Below are positions 21,701 through 32,100 of a stretch of 64,000 nucleotides of DNA, one piece after another (the stretch's first letter is position 1; each line of letters starts with the position of its first letter). The notes beneath the pieces were generated by a model. The model had not been told where the DNA came from, did no database searches, and saw only the letters and a program-made list of their open reading frames with translations. The translations under genes were made by a program, and so were the position numbers. Source of the DNA: Leptolyngbyaceae cyanobacterium (GTDB lineage: Bacteria; Cyanobacteriota; Cyanobacteriia; Phormidesmidales; Phormidesmidaceae); the NCBI GenBank assembly GCA_965263355.1, contig CBDHHL010000049.1, positions 64,001 to 128,000 of the forward strand, in the 5' to 3' direction.

Positions 21701-24700
21701 GGGAAATTGAAAACCAACTCTCTAGCCACAGTGCCATTGAGGAGACCCTGGTCACCGTCATCAAAGCTCAACCAGGTAACAAACAGCTAGTGGCCTACTG
21801 TGTCACCTCCGCTAAGGTTGTCCGGCCCAGCGATTTACGCACCTACCTCCAGACTCGCTTGCCGGAGTACATGGTGCCCTATGTATTCATATTGTTGGAG
21901 CAGTTTCCCCTGACGGCCAATGGCAAAGTAGACCGCAAGTCTTTACCCATGCCCGATCAAACCGATCTGCGCCAGGGGCAGGACTATGTTGCCCCTCGCA
22001 ACGCGACAGAAGCTGCCATTTCCTTTATTGTGGCCGAGGTGTTAAGTCTGGAGCGTGTAGGCATCTACGACAATTTCTTTGAAATTGGTGGCCATTCCCT
22101 GCTAGCTACCCAAGTGATTGTCCGAGTGCAGGACATGTTCTCGGTAACGATAGCTCTAAAGGGTCTGTTTGAGCAGCCCACAGTAGCCGGTCTTGCTGTT
22201 CTGACCGAGCAGGCAATTCAGACCAACACAGGTTTAGAAAAGACAGTTCAGACTGACCTGGTGGCCATTGACCGTGACCAGCCCCTCCCACTTTCCTATG
22301 CTCAGCAGCGCATATGGGTACTGAACCAGCTAGAAACTCATACCTCTGCTTACCATCTTCCTGCCGCTGTTCAACTGTCAGGCCCGCTCAGCAGACCAGC
22401 ACTAGACCAGAGTTTCAATGCTATTGTTAAACGTCACGAGAGTCTCAGAACCCACTTCATTAACCAGGATGGTGAACCGATTCAAGTGATTCACCCCTGT
22501 TTAGATGAACTCCCCCTTACCACGGTGGATCTAGGCAGGTTAAGCGATATTGAACAGCAACAGGAGCTGGATAACCTCATAGTTCAAAACAGAGATAAAC
22601 CCTTTAACCTGACGGCGGCTCCCCTATTCCGTCTTTGCCTGGTGCGGTTGGGCAAGACAGCCCATGTGCTGCTGCTAAACTTCCACCACATTATTTTTGA
22701 TGGCTGGTCTGTGGGGGTCTTGATTCAAGAGTTTCGTCTGTTCTATCAGGCCTTTGCCCAAGGTCAAACCCCTCAGTTACCCGAGCTAAGTGTACAGTAT
22801 GCCGACTACGCCCACTGGCAACGGCAACAGCTCCGGGGAGAGAAACTGGAGAGTCATTTAGACTACTGGCGTGGCAAGCTGACCGATGCACCCTCATTGC
22901 TAGAACTGCCCACAGACCGTCGTCGCCCTACAGTGCAAACGGTGAATGGAGCGGCCTTTATTCAGACATTGTCTCTAGAACTAGGAGACCGGTTACGTCA
23001 GTTGGCAAAGAATAACAGCGCTACCCTGTTTATGGTCTTGCTAACTGGCTTTAACGTATTACTTCACCGCTACAGCGGCCAGGATGACATTGCGGTGGGG
23101 TCTCCCATTGCCAATCGTCCTAATCCTCAGTTGGAAGGGTTGATGGGGCTATTCCTCAATACTTTGGTGTTGCGTAGTGACCTATCGGGTCAGCCAACAG
23201 TGCAGGAATTGTTGCAGCGGATAAAGACCACCGCCCTGGATGCCTATCGCTATCAGAATGTGCCCTTTGAGGTGCTGATTGACCAACTGAAGCCAGAGCG
23301 TCACATGGATCATTCCCTATGGTTCCAGGTGATGTTTATTTTGCAGAATACGCCGCAGCAATCCTTAGGAACCGACAGCTTGGAAATGTCCTTGATGGAG
23401 ACCGAAAAAACCGTTGCTAAGTTTGACATCACTCTGTCTGTGGAAGAGCGAGAAAAAGGACTGCGGATGGAGTGGGAATACAACAGCGACCTGTTTGATG
23501 CCAGCACCATTGAACGCATGGCTGGTCACTACGAGACCCTACTCCAGGCCATGGTGGATAATCCAAAGCAGTCAATTGCCACTCTGCCTCTGATGTCACC
23601 AGCAGAGCAAAACTCTCTACTTTCTTTACCAGAGAGTGAAATCGCTATTTCTCCTGAAACCACCACCCACAGTTTAATTGAGGCTCAGGTGGATAGATTA
23701 CCTGATGAGATCGCACTGCAGTGGGAAGACACCACCCTCACCTATGCTGAGCTAAATCAACAAGCCAATCAGCTGGCCCATTACTTAATTGAGCTGGGAG
23801 TGACCCCCGATACCCTATTGGGTCTGTGCATCGAACGCTCGCCCCAGATGATTATCGCAGTGCTGGGGATTTTGAAGGCGGGGGCGGCCTATGTACCCCT
23901 GGACCCCACCTATCCCCAGGAGAGAATTGATTACATTGTGGCGGATGCCAGTATCGATATGGTGGTCACCACCGCCAATCTGGAAACTGTTATCGGTGCT
24001 AAGGCTCAGCGAGTCTATCTAGACAGCCAATGGGCAACCATTGCTCAGCAGCCCATCCAGAACCCAGATGTAACTGTCGCAGGGCAACATCTGGCCTATG
24101 CCATTTATACGTCGGGATCTACCGGCAAACCCAAGGGTGTATTGATTGAGCATGGTTCCTTGGTGAACTTTGTCCAGGGGGCTATTCAAGACTATGGGTT
24201 CACCGCTGAGGACCGAGTGCTGCAGTTTGCCTCCATTAGCTTTGATACGGCAGCTGAGGAGATTTATCCCACCCTGGTGAGTGGGGCCACATTGGTGTTG
24301 CGTAATGATGCTAGTGCTAGTGGTGTCCAGGCTTTATGGCAACAGTGTCAAGACTGGCAACTGACGGTGTTGGACTTGCCCACTGCCTACTGGCAACAGC
24401 TGGTGGCCGAATGTGTGCGCAGCCAAACCCCATTCCCTAACTCCCTGCGCCTGGTAATCATCGGCGGTGAAAAAGTTTCTGTAGAAAGCGTGAGGCTGTG
24501 GCAACAGCTGATGGAGCACCCAAGCGATCCCCCCCGTCTGCTCAACACCTATGGCCCGACGGAAACGACTGTCGTCGCTACCTTATACGAGATTCCCAAC
24601 AATTCTACAGACGAGATGTTAGGCCAGGAAATCCCGATTGGTAAACCTCTGCCCAATGTATTCACCTGTGTGCTCGATGCTCAGCAGCAGTTAGTGCCTG

Positions 24701-25524
24701 TGGGGGCACCTGGAGAGTTATACATCGGTGGCCCCGGTGTGGCCCGTGGCTATCTCAATCAGGCAGAGAAGACGGCTGTTAGCTTTATTGACTCTCCCTT
24801 TGGTTCAGGCCGACTCTATAAAACAGGTGACCGTGTCCGCTATTTGCCTGACGGTAATCTCGAATATCTGGGTCGTCTGGATCATCAGGTGAAGATTCGC
24901 GGCTTTCGCATTGAGCTGGGGGAGATTGAAGCTCAGCTTACCAGCCACAGCTTGATTGAGGAGGCCGTTGTTATCAGCCACGAAGACCAGCCCAGTAGAC
25001 CTCAATTAGTCGGCTATGTAGTATCTCAACCGGGCAGCAGTGTTGCATCCACCAAACTCAAGGCCTATCTCAAAGAGCGGCTGCCCCATTATATGGCCCC
25101 GGATGTGATCATGGTGCTCGATGCCCTCCCCTTAAACGCTAATGGCAAGGTGGACCGCAAGGCACTGCCTGCACCACTGGCCGATGCCCTGCGCCAAGGG
25201 CAGACCTATGTCGCTCCTCGCACGGACACAGAGACTGAGCTGGTGGCTATTGTGGCCGATGTGCTTTCCCTGGACCGTGTAGGTGTGGAAGACAACTTCT
25301 TTGAGATTGGTGGCCATTCTTTACTGGCCACCCAGGTAATTGCGCGGGTACAGGACCAGTTCCATGTGGACATTACCCTGCGCAGTTTGTTTGAACAACC
25401 AACGGTGGCGGTATTGGCAGAACAGATCGAACAACAGCAGCTAGCGGCTGCCGACGATTTAGATGCGTTGTTAAATGATCTGGAGGGACTATCGGATGAA
25501 GATGTGGCCAGGTTATTGACATGA
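15727..25524 (+). CDS. Hybrid PKS/NRPS: KS-AT-ACP-C-A-T-C-A-T (both A domains predicted Lys/basic residue)
   Basis: KS DTACSSS; AT GHSVG/HGFH; ACP GLDSLMG; C domains HHIVFDG and HHIIFDG; A domains YTSGSTGKPKG, YGPTE, YKTGD; T domains GGHSLL. Pocket residues read against GrsA give D-T-E-D-I-G-T-V-V-K for both A domains. Confidence 0.95.
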   Translation: MSQVIKSNNVSSSQSNGANGNGAANNGVDYGALMKKALVELRETKAKLKALEKRANEAIAIIGMGCRFPGGVTSPEAFWQLLSQGVDAITEVPSNRWSIDDVYDPDPETLGKVVTRYGGFIDEVETFDARFFGISPREVHSLDPQQRLLLEVAWEALEAAYCLPERLFNTPTGVFIGICNNDYGNRLGATELPEAYWGTGNALSVAAGRLSYALGLTGPSLAVDTACSSSLVSVHLACQSLRQGECNVALAGGVNLLLAPGQSMIFSQAGMLAPDGRCKTFDANANGYVRGEGCGIIMLKRLSDAEQDGDIILATIRGSAVNQDGPSGGLTVPNGPSQQTVIRQALKQGNVKPEQVSYIEAHGTGTSLGDPIEVAALGEVFKERRQNNPLLIGSAKTNIGHLEGAAGIAGLMKVVLQLQHRQIPPHLHFNEPNPFINWAELPVTVANDGTDWQPNQETCIAGVSSFGFSGTNCHIVLEEAINPVEPKESGEVEIPQRPIQLLTLSAKSPKALHGLIADYSSYMAQGDVDLASLCAAANTGRTHFNHRLVILTQDSVDLQLTLEAFQVSESIDGLDCPGAIIGHVKGNRVPKVAFLFTGQGAQYINMGRELYQTEPVFRKYLDRCAQGLEGILDLPLLALLYPELSQDQTNDNSAETIAERIHQTAYAQPCLFAVEYALAQLWFSWGIKPTVVMGHSVGEYVAATLAGVFSLEDGLRLITERGRLMQSLPSGGGMLSVLASEEILKPYLEEIKGEEGESEGGTIAAVNGPESTVVSGSLAILACLAKRLNDADIKVKHLNVSHGFHSPMMEPILSKFKAFAQQITYHTPSLKLVSNVTGQLADNSIASADYWTNHIRQPVQFAQGMESLVKANIDTFIEIGPKPVLLGMARQFVAEGIWLPSLQPKVADAHGSEYYPLLTSLAQLHVAGYPIAWDNLAAQGLPLPRPLPTYPFQRQRFWVDPVSLTGHQPTILANYSTLEDQEEIEENVKTFPLLHQLSAVSVDERSNVLIASLQTQVARIMGMDSPDEVDIHQSLTELGLDSLMGVELKNRLESALNLSLPTTILFQHPDIASLSNHLTIEFLGAEILELNGNSATSAHIIPVADRTQSLPLSYAQQRMWVLAQLEALDAAYHLPAAIKLIGDLNYGALEKSLTLIIERHESLRTVFVVSASGELEQQIKDDVVVTLPIVDLQELVPAAQTEVFNRLSDENDAAFDLTTGPLFRLKLICLQPQEHILLLNFHHIVFDGWSSGVLIQEFREVYGALVQGESPQLPELTVQYADFVQWQRQQLQGPVLSQHLEYWTLQLADAPPLLELPTDRPRPTVQTVNGAIFNQSLSDELSQKLRQLSQSTAKTLYMTLLTGFTILLHRYSGQTDISIGSPIANRPHQKLEGLIGLFLNTLVLRTDLSGNPSVAELLERVEKVALGAYDHQDVPFEYLIDQLKPERHRDHSLWFQVMFILQNTPQQSLGAANVDMAYLELKKAVAKFDITLSVKEHDTGLQLEWEYNTDLFDASTIERMAHHYERVLDAMVADLQQPIATLPLLSIKEQASLLSLPQSDLAVSPEITIHSLIEAQVYQSPDAIALQWEHTTLTYADLNQQANQLAHHLIELGVTPDTLLGLCIERSPQMIIAVLGILKAGAAYVPLDPTYPQERIDYIVADASIDMVVTTANLETVIGAKAQRVYLDSQWATIAQQPIQNPDVTVAGQHLAYAIYTSGSTGKPKGVLIEHGSLVNFVQGAIQDYGFTAEDRVLQFASISFDTAAEEIYPTLVSGATLVLRNDASASGVQALWQQCQDWQLTVLDLPTAYWQQLVVDCERTHQTFPKDLRLIIIGGEKVSVESVRLWQQLGHGATPRLLNTYGPTETTVVATLYEIPNSPTAMLGQEIPIGKPLPNIFTCVLDAQEQLVPVGVPGELYIGGPGVARGYLNQPEKTAASFIPNLLLSPSPTLPLSPTLYKTGDRVKRLANGNLEYLGRLDHQVKIRGFRIELGEIENQLSSHSAIEETLVTVIKAQPGNKQLVAYCVTSAKVVRPSDLRTYLQTRLPEYMVPYVFILLEQFPLTANGKVDRKSLPMPDQTDLRQGQDYVAPRNATEAAISFIVAEVLSLERVGIYDNFFEIGGHSLLATQVIVRVQDMFSVTIALKGLFEQPTVAGLAVLTEQAIQTNTGLEKTVQTDLVAIDRDQPLPLSYAQQRIWVLNQLETHTSAYHLPAAVQLSGPLSRPALDQSFNAIVKRHESLRTHFINQDGEPIQVIHPCLDELPLTTVDLGRLSDIEQQQELDNLIVQNRDKPFNLTAAPLFRLCLVRLGKTAHVLLLNFHHIIFDGWSVGVLIQEFRLFYQAFAQGQTPQLPELSVQYADYAHWQRQQLRGEKLESHLDYWRGKLTDAPSLLELPTDRRRPTVQTVNGAAFIQTLSLELGDRLRQLAKNNSATLFMVLLTGFNVLLHRYSGQDDIAVGSPIANRPNPQLEGLMGLFLNTLVLRSDLSGQPTVQELLQRIKTTALDAYRYQNVPFEVLIDQLKPERHMDHSLWFQVMFILQNTPQQSLGTDSLEMSLMETEKTVAKFDITLSVEEREKGLRMEWEYNSDLFDASTIERMAGHYETLLQAMVDNPKQSIATLPLMSPAEQNSLLSLPESEIAISPETTTHSLIEAQVDRLPDEIALQWEDTTLTYAELNQQANQLAHYLIELGVTPDTLLGLCIERSPQMIIAVLGILKAGAAYVPLDPTYPQERIDYIVADASIDMVVTTANLETVIGAKAQRVYLDSQWATIAQQPIQNPDVTVAGQHLAYAIYTSGSTGKPKGVLIEHGSLVNFVQGAIQDYGFTAEDRVLQFASISFDTAAEEIYPTLVSGATLVLRNDASASGVQALWQQCQDWQLTVLDLPTAYWQQLVAECVRSQTPFPNSLRLVIIGGEKVSVESVRLWQQLMEHPSDPPRLLNTYGPTETTVVATLYEIPNNSTDEMLGQEIPIGKPLPNVFTCVLDAQQQLVPVGAPGELYIGGPGVARGYLNQAEKTAVSFIDSPFGSGRLYKTGDRVRYLPDGNLEYLGRLDHQVKIRGFRIELGEIEAQLTSHSLIEEAVVISHEDQPSRPQLVGYVVSQPGSSVASTKLKAYLKERLPHYMAPDVIMVLDALPLNANGKVDRKALPAPLADALRQGQTYVAPRTDTETELVAIVADVLSLDRVGVEDNFFEIGGHSLLATQVIARVQDQFHVDITLRSLFEQPTVAVLAEQIEQQQLAAADDLDALLNDLEGLSDEDVARLLT
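20563..24375 (+). repeat. Near-identical ~580-bp duplication inside the two A domains (20563-21141 and 23797-24375)
   Basis: Offset 3234 nt; only two mismatches noticed by eye (gactac/gattac, agcggg/agtggg). Confidence 0.9.
21556..21587 (+). repeat. Short tandem repeat (CTACTCTCCCCCTCTC x2) within A-domain coding sequence
   Basis: Directly visible; encodes LLSPSPTLPLS where the paralogous A domain has DSPFGSGR. Confidence 0.8.
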
Positions 25525-25618
25525 TTTTGAGGCCGCCGCAGACGATTTTGTGGAGTTTGTGATTGTTTTTAGCGTTTAACGTTAACCACTTATTTAAAAC
25601 ACTAGGTGAGAAGGGATT

Positions 25619-28600
25619 ATGAGTACATCAACACCAGGATTAGACCAACGACTACAGCAGCTTTCTCCTGAAAAGCGAGCGTTATTGTTAAAGCGTCTGC
25701 GGGAACAGGCGGCAGCAAAGGCGACGGCGCAGGAGATTACCATCACTTCGGTGGATCGTACTCAGCCTATTCCCTTGTCCTTTGCCCAACAAAGACTCTG
25801 GTTTCTCTCTCAGTTTGAAGGGGCCAGCGCCGCCTATAATATTGCCAATGCTGTGCGTATAGAAGGTTCGGTAAATCTGGATTTGCTGGAACAGGCCACA
25901 CAGATGGTGGTTGAACGCCATGAAGCCCTACGCACCACATTTCAGATCAAGGATGGTAATCCAGTACAGGTGATTGCCCCCAGTCTGACATTGCCCATAA
26001 CTGTTTATGATTTGCGACAGACGGACGCTCAGGACTATAGCCATCTGATTGCTGAGAGTACCCAGACCCCATTTGACCTGGCTAAGGGACCGTTGATGCG
26101 GGTGGAGACCATTCACCTGGAGGATGACGTCACTATTGTTATGGTGACTATGCACCATATTGTTTCCGATGGTTGGTCCCTGGGTGTCCTGATTAAAGAG
26201 GTGTTTAGCCTTTATCATGCCCTTGCCAATGGCCTGGAATTCCCCCTGACTCCCCTCAATGTTCAATATGCTGACTTTGCTAACTGGCAGCGTCAGTGGC
26301 TCCAGGGAGATATTTTAGACAGTCAATTGAACTACTGGCGAGAAAAAATGGACGGGGCTCCTGCCCTACTAGATCTGCCCAGCGATAAACCCCGTCCCCC
26401 TGTCCATCGGTTTCAGGGAAAGTCTCTGGCATTTGAAATTTCAGCATCTTTGACCGCTCAGCTAACGGACCTAGCCAAGGCTACTAATACTACATTGTTT
26501 ATGGTGCTAGAGTCGGCTCTAGCGGTACTGTTATTTCGCCTCAGTGGCCAGGATGATATTGTGGTGGGCTCCCCCATTGCTAATCGGACCCTCAAGTCTC
26601 TAGAATCGCTGATTGGTTTCTTTGTAAATACGCTTTTATTGCGCAATGACTGTTCTGGCAACCCTACCTTTAAGGCATTGCTAAGCCAGGTACAACAAAC
26701 GGCGCTGGATGCCTATCAGCATCAGGATGTGCCCTTTGAACAATTGGTGGATGCCCTGAAAACAGAGCGAACCCTCAGTTATACGCCATTGTTTCAGGTG
26801 ATGTTTGCCTTGCAAAATATGCCAATGGAATCGCTGGAGTTGGGGGATCTCACTATTACTCCCCTGACGTTGAAAAATCCCACGGCCAAGTTTGATTTGA
26901 CCATTTTTATGATGGAAGATAATGGGCTGTTACGAGGGGTGTGGGAGTACAACGAGGATTTATTTGAACCGGCCACGGCGGAGAGAATGGTGGGCCAGTT
27001 TAAGACGGTGTTGAGCGCGATCGCAACCAACCCCAATCAGCACCTGTTGGATATTCCTCTCCTCAGCCCAGAAGAATGCCACAAAATTATTGTGGCATGG
27101 AACCAGACTGAGGCTCCCTACCCCACGGACACCTGTTTGCATCAGCTATTTGAAACCCAGGTGGCGCATACCCCTGACAATGTGGCAGCTATCTGCCGCG
27201 ATGAAAGTTTTACCTATGCTGACCTGAACGCCCGTGCCAATCAGTTAGCCTACAGCCTGGTTGTGCAAGGACTTCAACCAGGAGACTTTGTCGGCATTTG
27301 TGTCGAACGCTCCCTGGACATGATGGTGGCCGTGTTTGGGGTGCTTAAGGCGGGCGGTGTCTATGTACCCATGGATCCCACCTACCCTGCTGACCGGCTG
27401 GCCCACATGCTCAGCGATGCTCAGGTAGTGGTGCTGTTGACCCAGTCTCACTTAGTAGAGCGACTCCCCAAAAATGATGTGAAAACTGTTTGTCTGGATA
27501 CGGATTGGAGCACTATTGCAACTGCTCCGGAGATTAACCTGGATTGCTCCCGTCAGGTAACAGATCTGGCCTATGTAATCTACACGTCCGGTTCCACAGG
27601 CAAACCCAAGGGGGTGATGATCGACCATCGAGGTGCCGTCAATACCCTGGCAGACATCAACCGCCGCTACCGGGTCACTGCCGAGGACCGAGTGCTGGGA
27701 TTGTCTTCTCTTAGCTTTGACCTGTCGGTGTATGACATTTTTGGTCTGTTAGCTATCGGTGGTGCCGTAGTGATTCCTGAACCGGAAGCGGCCCTGACCC
27801 CCCAACGATGGTGGGAGCTAATCCAAGAACAACAAGTAACTATCTGGAATACTGCTCCCGCCGTTATGGATCTGTTTGCTAGCCATGTGGCTCGACAACA
27901 GCTAACTATTCCTGCCAGTTTACGGGTGGTGATGATGAGTGGTGATGCTATTTCGATTACCCTGCCGGATCAGATTAGAGCATTGGCAGAAAACAAAGCT
28001 ATCAGTGTCAACAGTCTGGGGGGGGCCACCGAGGGTTCTATCTGGTCGATCTGTTATCCAATTGATGCTGTGGACCCCAGCTGGACTAGCATTCCCTACG
28101 GTCAGCCTCTGGATAACCAAACCTTTCATATTCTCGATGAGCGGCTCAATCCAGTGCCCGTAGGCACCCCTGGAGAACTACACATTGGCGGTCTGGGGGT
28201 GGCCCTGGGCTATCTCAACCGACCAGAGCTAACTGCAAAACGGTTTATTCCTGATCCCTTTAGCAACCGTTCCGATGCCCGCCTCTACAAAACCGGTGAC
28301 ATGGGCCGCTACCGTCCTGACGGCGTAATTGAATTCCTGGGCCGCATCGACAACCAGGTGAAAATTCGTGGCTTCCGGGTGGAGCTAGGGGAGATTGAGG
28401 CCTTGTTGGTGCAACAACCCCAGGTAAGCGAAGCAGTCGTTATTGTGTGGGAACCCCAACCTGGCGATCAGCGCCTCTGCGCCTACGTGGTGATGCCCAA
28501 TTTGGCGTCAGAAGATCAGGCAGGACAAACCGCCATTCTGAAGCGGACATTACGGGAACAACTCCCTGGTCATATGGTTCCTGCCGCTTTTGTGGTGCTG

Positions 28601-29035
28601 GATGAAATTCCTCTCACCGCTAACGGCAAGGTGAACCGTAAAGCATTGCCTGCTCCTACTGAACAGGTGCCCCAGAGCGACATCCCTTTTATCGCCGCTA
28701 AAACCCAGACCGAGCGCACCATAGCCACCGTATGGCAAGAGGTGCTCCAACTGGAAAAAGTTGGTACCCAGGATAACTTCTTTGACCTGGGAGGCCATTC
28801 CTTGCTGATGGTGCAGGTCCATACTGAGCTGCTGGAAAAACTGGATGGCAGCCTCACCATTGTGGAGTTGTTCCAATATTCAACCGTTGCCACCCTGGCC
28901 CAATATGTGGACCAAAAACAAACGGTTGTGTCTGCCACGGACCAGGCTCAGCAACGGCAGCAGGTCCGCACTCGTCGGCAGGGAGCTGTTGCCCAGCGTC
29001 GGCAGGCTCGACAAAAACATCGTCGTAATGTATAG
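25619..29035 (+). CDS. Monomodular NRPS C-A-T, A domain predicted Cys
   Basis: C motif HHIVSDGWS; A motifs FDLSVYDIF, WNTAP, VMMSGD, SLGGATEGSIWS give code DLYNMSLIWK; T motif GGHSLL. Confidence 0.93.
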   Translation: MSTSTPGLDQRLQQLSPEKRALLLKRLREQAAAKATAQEITITSVDRTQPIPLSFAQQRLWFLSQFEGASAAYNIANAVRIEGSVNLDLLEQATQMVVERHEALRTTFQIKDGNPVQVIAPSLTLPITVYDLRQTDAQDYSHLIAESTQTPFDLAKGPLMRVETIHLEDDVTIVMVTMHHIVSDGWSLGVLIKEVFSLYHALANGLEFPLTPLNVQYADFANWQRQWLQGDILDSQLNYWREKMDGAPALLDLPSDKPRPPVHRFQGKSLAFEISASLTAQLTDLAKATNTTLFMVLESALAVLLFRLSGQDDIVVGSPIANRTLKSLESLIGFFVNTLLLRNDCSGNPTFKALLSQVQQTALDAYQHQDVPFEQLVDALKTERTLSYTPLFQVMFALQNMPMESLELGDLTITPLTLKNPTAKFDLTIFMMEDNGLLRGVWEYNEDLFEPATAERMVGQFKTVLSAIATNPNQHLLDIPLLSPEECHKIIVAWNQTEAPYPTDTCLHQLFETQVAHTPDNVAAICRDESFTYADLNARANQLAYSLVVQGLQPGDFVGICVERSLDMMVAVFGVLKAGGVYVPMDPTYPADRLAHMLSDAQVVVLLTQSHLVERLPKNDVKTVCLDTDWSTIATAPEINLDCSRQVTDLAYVIYTSGSTGKPKGVMIDHRGAVNTLADINRRYRVTAEDRVLGLSSLSFDLSVYDIFGLLAIGGAVVIPEPEAALTPQRWWELIQEQQVTIWNTAPAVMDLFASHVARQQLTIPASLRVVMMSGDAISITLPDQIRALAENKAISVNSLGGATEGSIWSICYPIDAVDPSWTSIPYGQPLDNQTFHILDERLNPVPVGTPGELHIGGLGVALGYLNRPELTAKRFIPDPFSNRSDARLYKTGDMGRYRPDGVIEFLGRIDNQVKIRGFRVELGEIEALLVQQPQVSEAVVIVWEPQPGDQRLCAYVVMPNLASEDQAGQTAILKRTLREQLPGHMVPAAFVVLDEIPLTANGKVNRKALPAPTEQVPQSDIPFIAAKTQTERTIATVWQEVLQLEKVGTQDNFFDLGGHSLLMVQVHTELLEKLDGSLTIVELFQYSTVATLAQYVDQKQTVVSATDQAQQRQQVRTRRQGAVAQRRQARQKHRRNV

Positions 29036-29063
29036 GTGGCCATTTCCCATGTTCCTTTCCCCA

Positions 29064-29083
29064 GTGGGCTGTGCCCACCCTAC
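29064..29083 (-). repeat. REP-like palindrome GTAGGGTGGGCACAGCCCAC
   Basis: 5' GTAG followed by a GTGGGC-ACA-GCCCAC hairpin in the intergenic gap. Confidence 0.6.
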
Positions 29084-29133
29084 CCCTGCTGATTTATCCC
29101 CGCTGACTTATCGCACCAATCCCTTGCACCATA

Positions 29134-32100
29134 ATGACTTTACCCACTGGCCAGCCACTCCCCGAATACCCTGTAAGCGACACCGATATCGCCGTCATCG
29201 GCATGGCTGGTCAATTTCCAGGGGCCGCTAACGTGGAGGAGTTCTGGCGGAACATTCGTGATGGCCACGAGTCAGTGCAGTTCTTCTCTGATGAAGCATT
29301 GCAGGCGGCGGGGGTACCGGCGTTTATGCTACAGGACCCCAACTATGTCAAAGCAGCGGCGGTGTTGGAAAATATCGAATATTTTGACGCGCCGTTCTTT
29401 GGGTTTAGTCCCCGTGAGGCAGAGATGATGGACCCCCAGCACCGCCTGTTTTTAGAACAGGCTTGGACAGCCCTGGAACATGCGGGCTATGCCACGGACC
29501 AGTATGAGGGTGCGATCGCAGTCTACGCCGGTACGGGCATTAACCAATATCTTCTCAGTCAGCTGTACCCCCGCATGCAGCAGGCTGACGGCGGCGTCAC
29601 TTACCAGGCCATTATCCGCAACGACAAAGACTTTTTACCTACTCTGGTGTCCTACAAACTCAATCTCAAAGGACCCAGTATCGCTGTGCAAACTGCCTGT
29701 TCCACATCTTTGGTGGCAGTACACATGGCCTGTCAGAGTCTGCTTAACGGCGAATGTGATATGGCCCTGGCGGGGGCTGTTTCTATTCATGTGGACCAAA
29801 AACGGGGATACCTTTATGAAGAGGGCATGATTATGTCCCCCGATGGCCACTGCCGCGCCTTTGATGCTGATGCCCGAGGCACGGTTCTGGGGAGTGGTGC
29901 CGCCACCGTAGTCCTCAAACGGCTGGCAGATGCTTTAGAAGATGGCGATACTGTTCACGCCGTGCTCAAGGGCTCCGCAGTGAATAACGATGGCGACAAC
30001 AAGGTGGGCTACACCGCCCCCAGCGTTAGCGGTCAGGCGGCGGTAATTGCCGAAGCCCAGGCCATTGCAGGTGTAGACCCCAACACCATTACTTACATCG
30101 AGGCTCACGGCACTGGCACCGTTCTGGGAGACCCTATCGAAATCGCTGCTCTCAACGAAGCCTTTCAAGACAGTGACCAGCCCTGCGCTATCGGCTCTGT
30201 TAAAACCAATGTAGGTCACCTGGATACCGCTTCTGGGGTAACGGGGGTAATCAAAGCGGTTTTAGCCTTACAGCACCGTCAGATTCCCCCCAGTCTCCAC
30301 TATCAGTCTCCCAACCCCGCTATTAATTTTGACCGGGGTCCCTTTTTCGTTAACGCTCAACTCACCAACTGGAATCCTGGGGATATGTCTAGACGGGCGG
30401 GCGTCAGTTCCTTTGGGATTGGTGGCACCAATGCCCATGTGGTTCTAGAAGAAGCTCCCTTGGTGGCTCCATCCGGTCCTAGTCGTACTACCCAGCTGAT
30501 TCCCTTATCAGCTAAGACCCCAACAGCATTGACGGCCCTGTCCACGAACCTGGCCGCATTTCTCCAGGCCAATCCTGAAACAGATCTGGCAGATGTGGCC
30601 TATACCCTCAGCCGGGGTCGCCAGGGTTTAGACTGTCGCCATACCCTAGTAGCGAATACTCTAGATCAGGCTGTGGCTGGTTTAGAGGCTTGGGTCAAAC
30701 AATCGCAGCCCAGCCCAAAATTCTCTCGTCCCGATTGTCGTACGACGACGGCCTTTATGTTTTCGGGGCAAGGTAGTCAATACGTCAACATGGGGCGGGA
30801 CTTGTACGACAGCGAGCCTGTATTTCGGAATGCTGTTGACTGCTGTAGCAAAATTCTGTTTCCCTTACTAGGAGTAGACCTGCACAAGTTTCTCTATCCA
30901 GCTGATAAGAGTCTGATCGATATCTGTACTACAAAACTTAATCAAACAACCTTTACCCAGCCTGCTCTATTTGTAGTGGAGTATGCCCTAGCCCAGCTGT
31001 GGATGGCTTGGGGAGTTAAGCCCCAGGCCATGATTGGCCATAGCATTGGCGAATATGTCGCGGCCTGTATCGCTGGGGTGTTTTCCCTGGAGGACGGTCT
31101 CCAACTGGTCGCCAGTCGGGGCCAGTTGATGCAGTCCCTACCGATGGGTAGCATGCTGGCCATTTCTCTGCCTGCAGATCAGGTGATGGCTTTAATCGAG
31201 GATTATCCCCATATCGATCTGGCTACCCTCAATGGACCTGTCTGCGTAGTGTCTGGTCCTACCTCTGAGATTACTGCTCTACAAACTCAGCTGGAAACTA
31301 CTGGTGCAGATGGGATAGTGATTACCTGTCGCCGATTGCATACGTCCCATGCATTTCACTCGAAGATGATGGAGCCGATTTTGCCCACATTTACCCGTCA
31401 TGTGGAGATAATCAAGCTTCAGGCACCTCAAATTCCGTATCTATCCAATGTTACTGGCACCTGGATTACGGAGGATCAGGCAACGGATCCCAACTATTGG
31501 GCACAGCATCTGCGGCTGCCAGTACGCTTTGCAGATGGTCTAGATCAGCTGCTGGATGACCCCACAGTGCAACTTTTGGAAGTGGGGCCAGGACGTAGCC
31601 TTAGCCAACTGGCCAAACGCCACCCAGCTTTCCAGGCGAATCATTATTGCGTTACGTCCCTGCGTCATCCTCAGGAGACTGCTTCCGATGTGGCCTTTAT
31701 TCTCAAGAGTTTGGGCGATCTATGGGCTAATGGCAGCACTGTACATTGGGCCGGTGTTTATGGCGAACAGCAGCGCCGTCGTCTGCCCCTGCCTACATAT
31801 CCCTTTGAACGTCAGCGCTACTGGTTAGAGGCAACGGAGACTAGTGGTCTCGATTTACGACAGTTTCAAACGGTACCCCGTAAGCCAGAGGTAACGGATT
31901 GGTTCTATGAACCTAGCTGGGTGCGATCGCAACTTCCCCCCATCGTTACCCAACTCCCGCCTGCAACGTGGCTGATTTTCCTGGATGCTTTGGGTCTAGG
32001 TCAGCAGCTGGCCCAGCGCCTTACCCAGTTAGGTCAGACCGTGTGGACCGTTGCTGTTGGTAATCAGTGGGAAATTTTGGGCGATCGCACCCTGGCCCTC

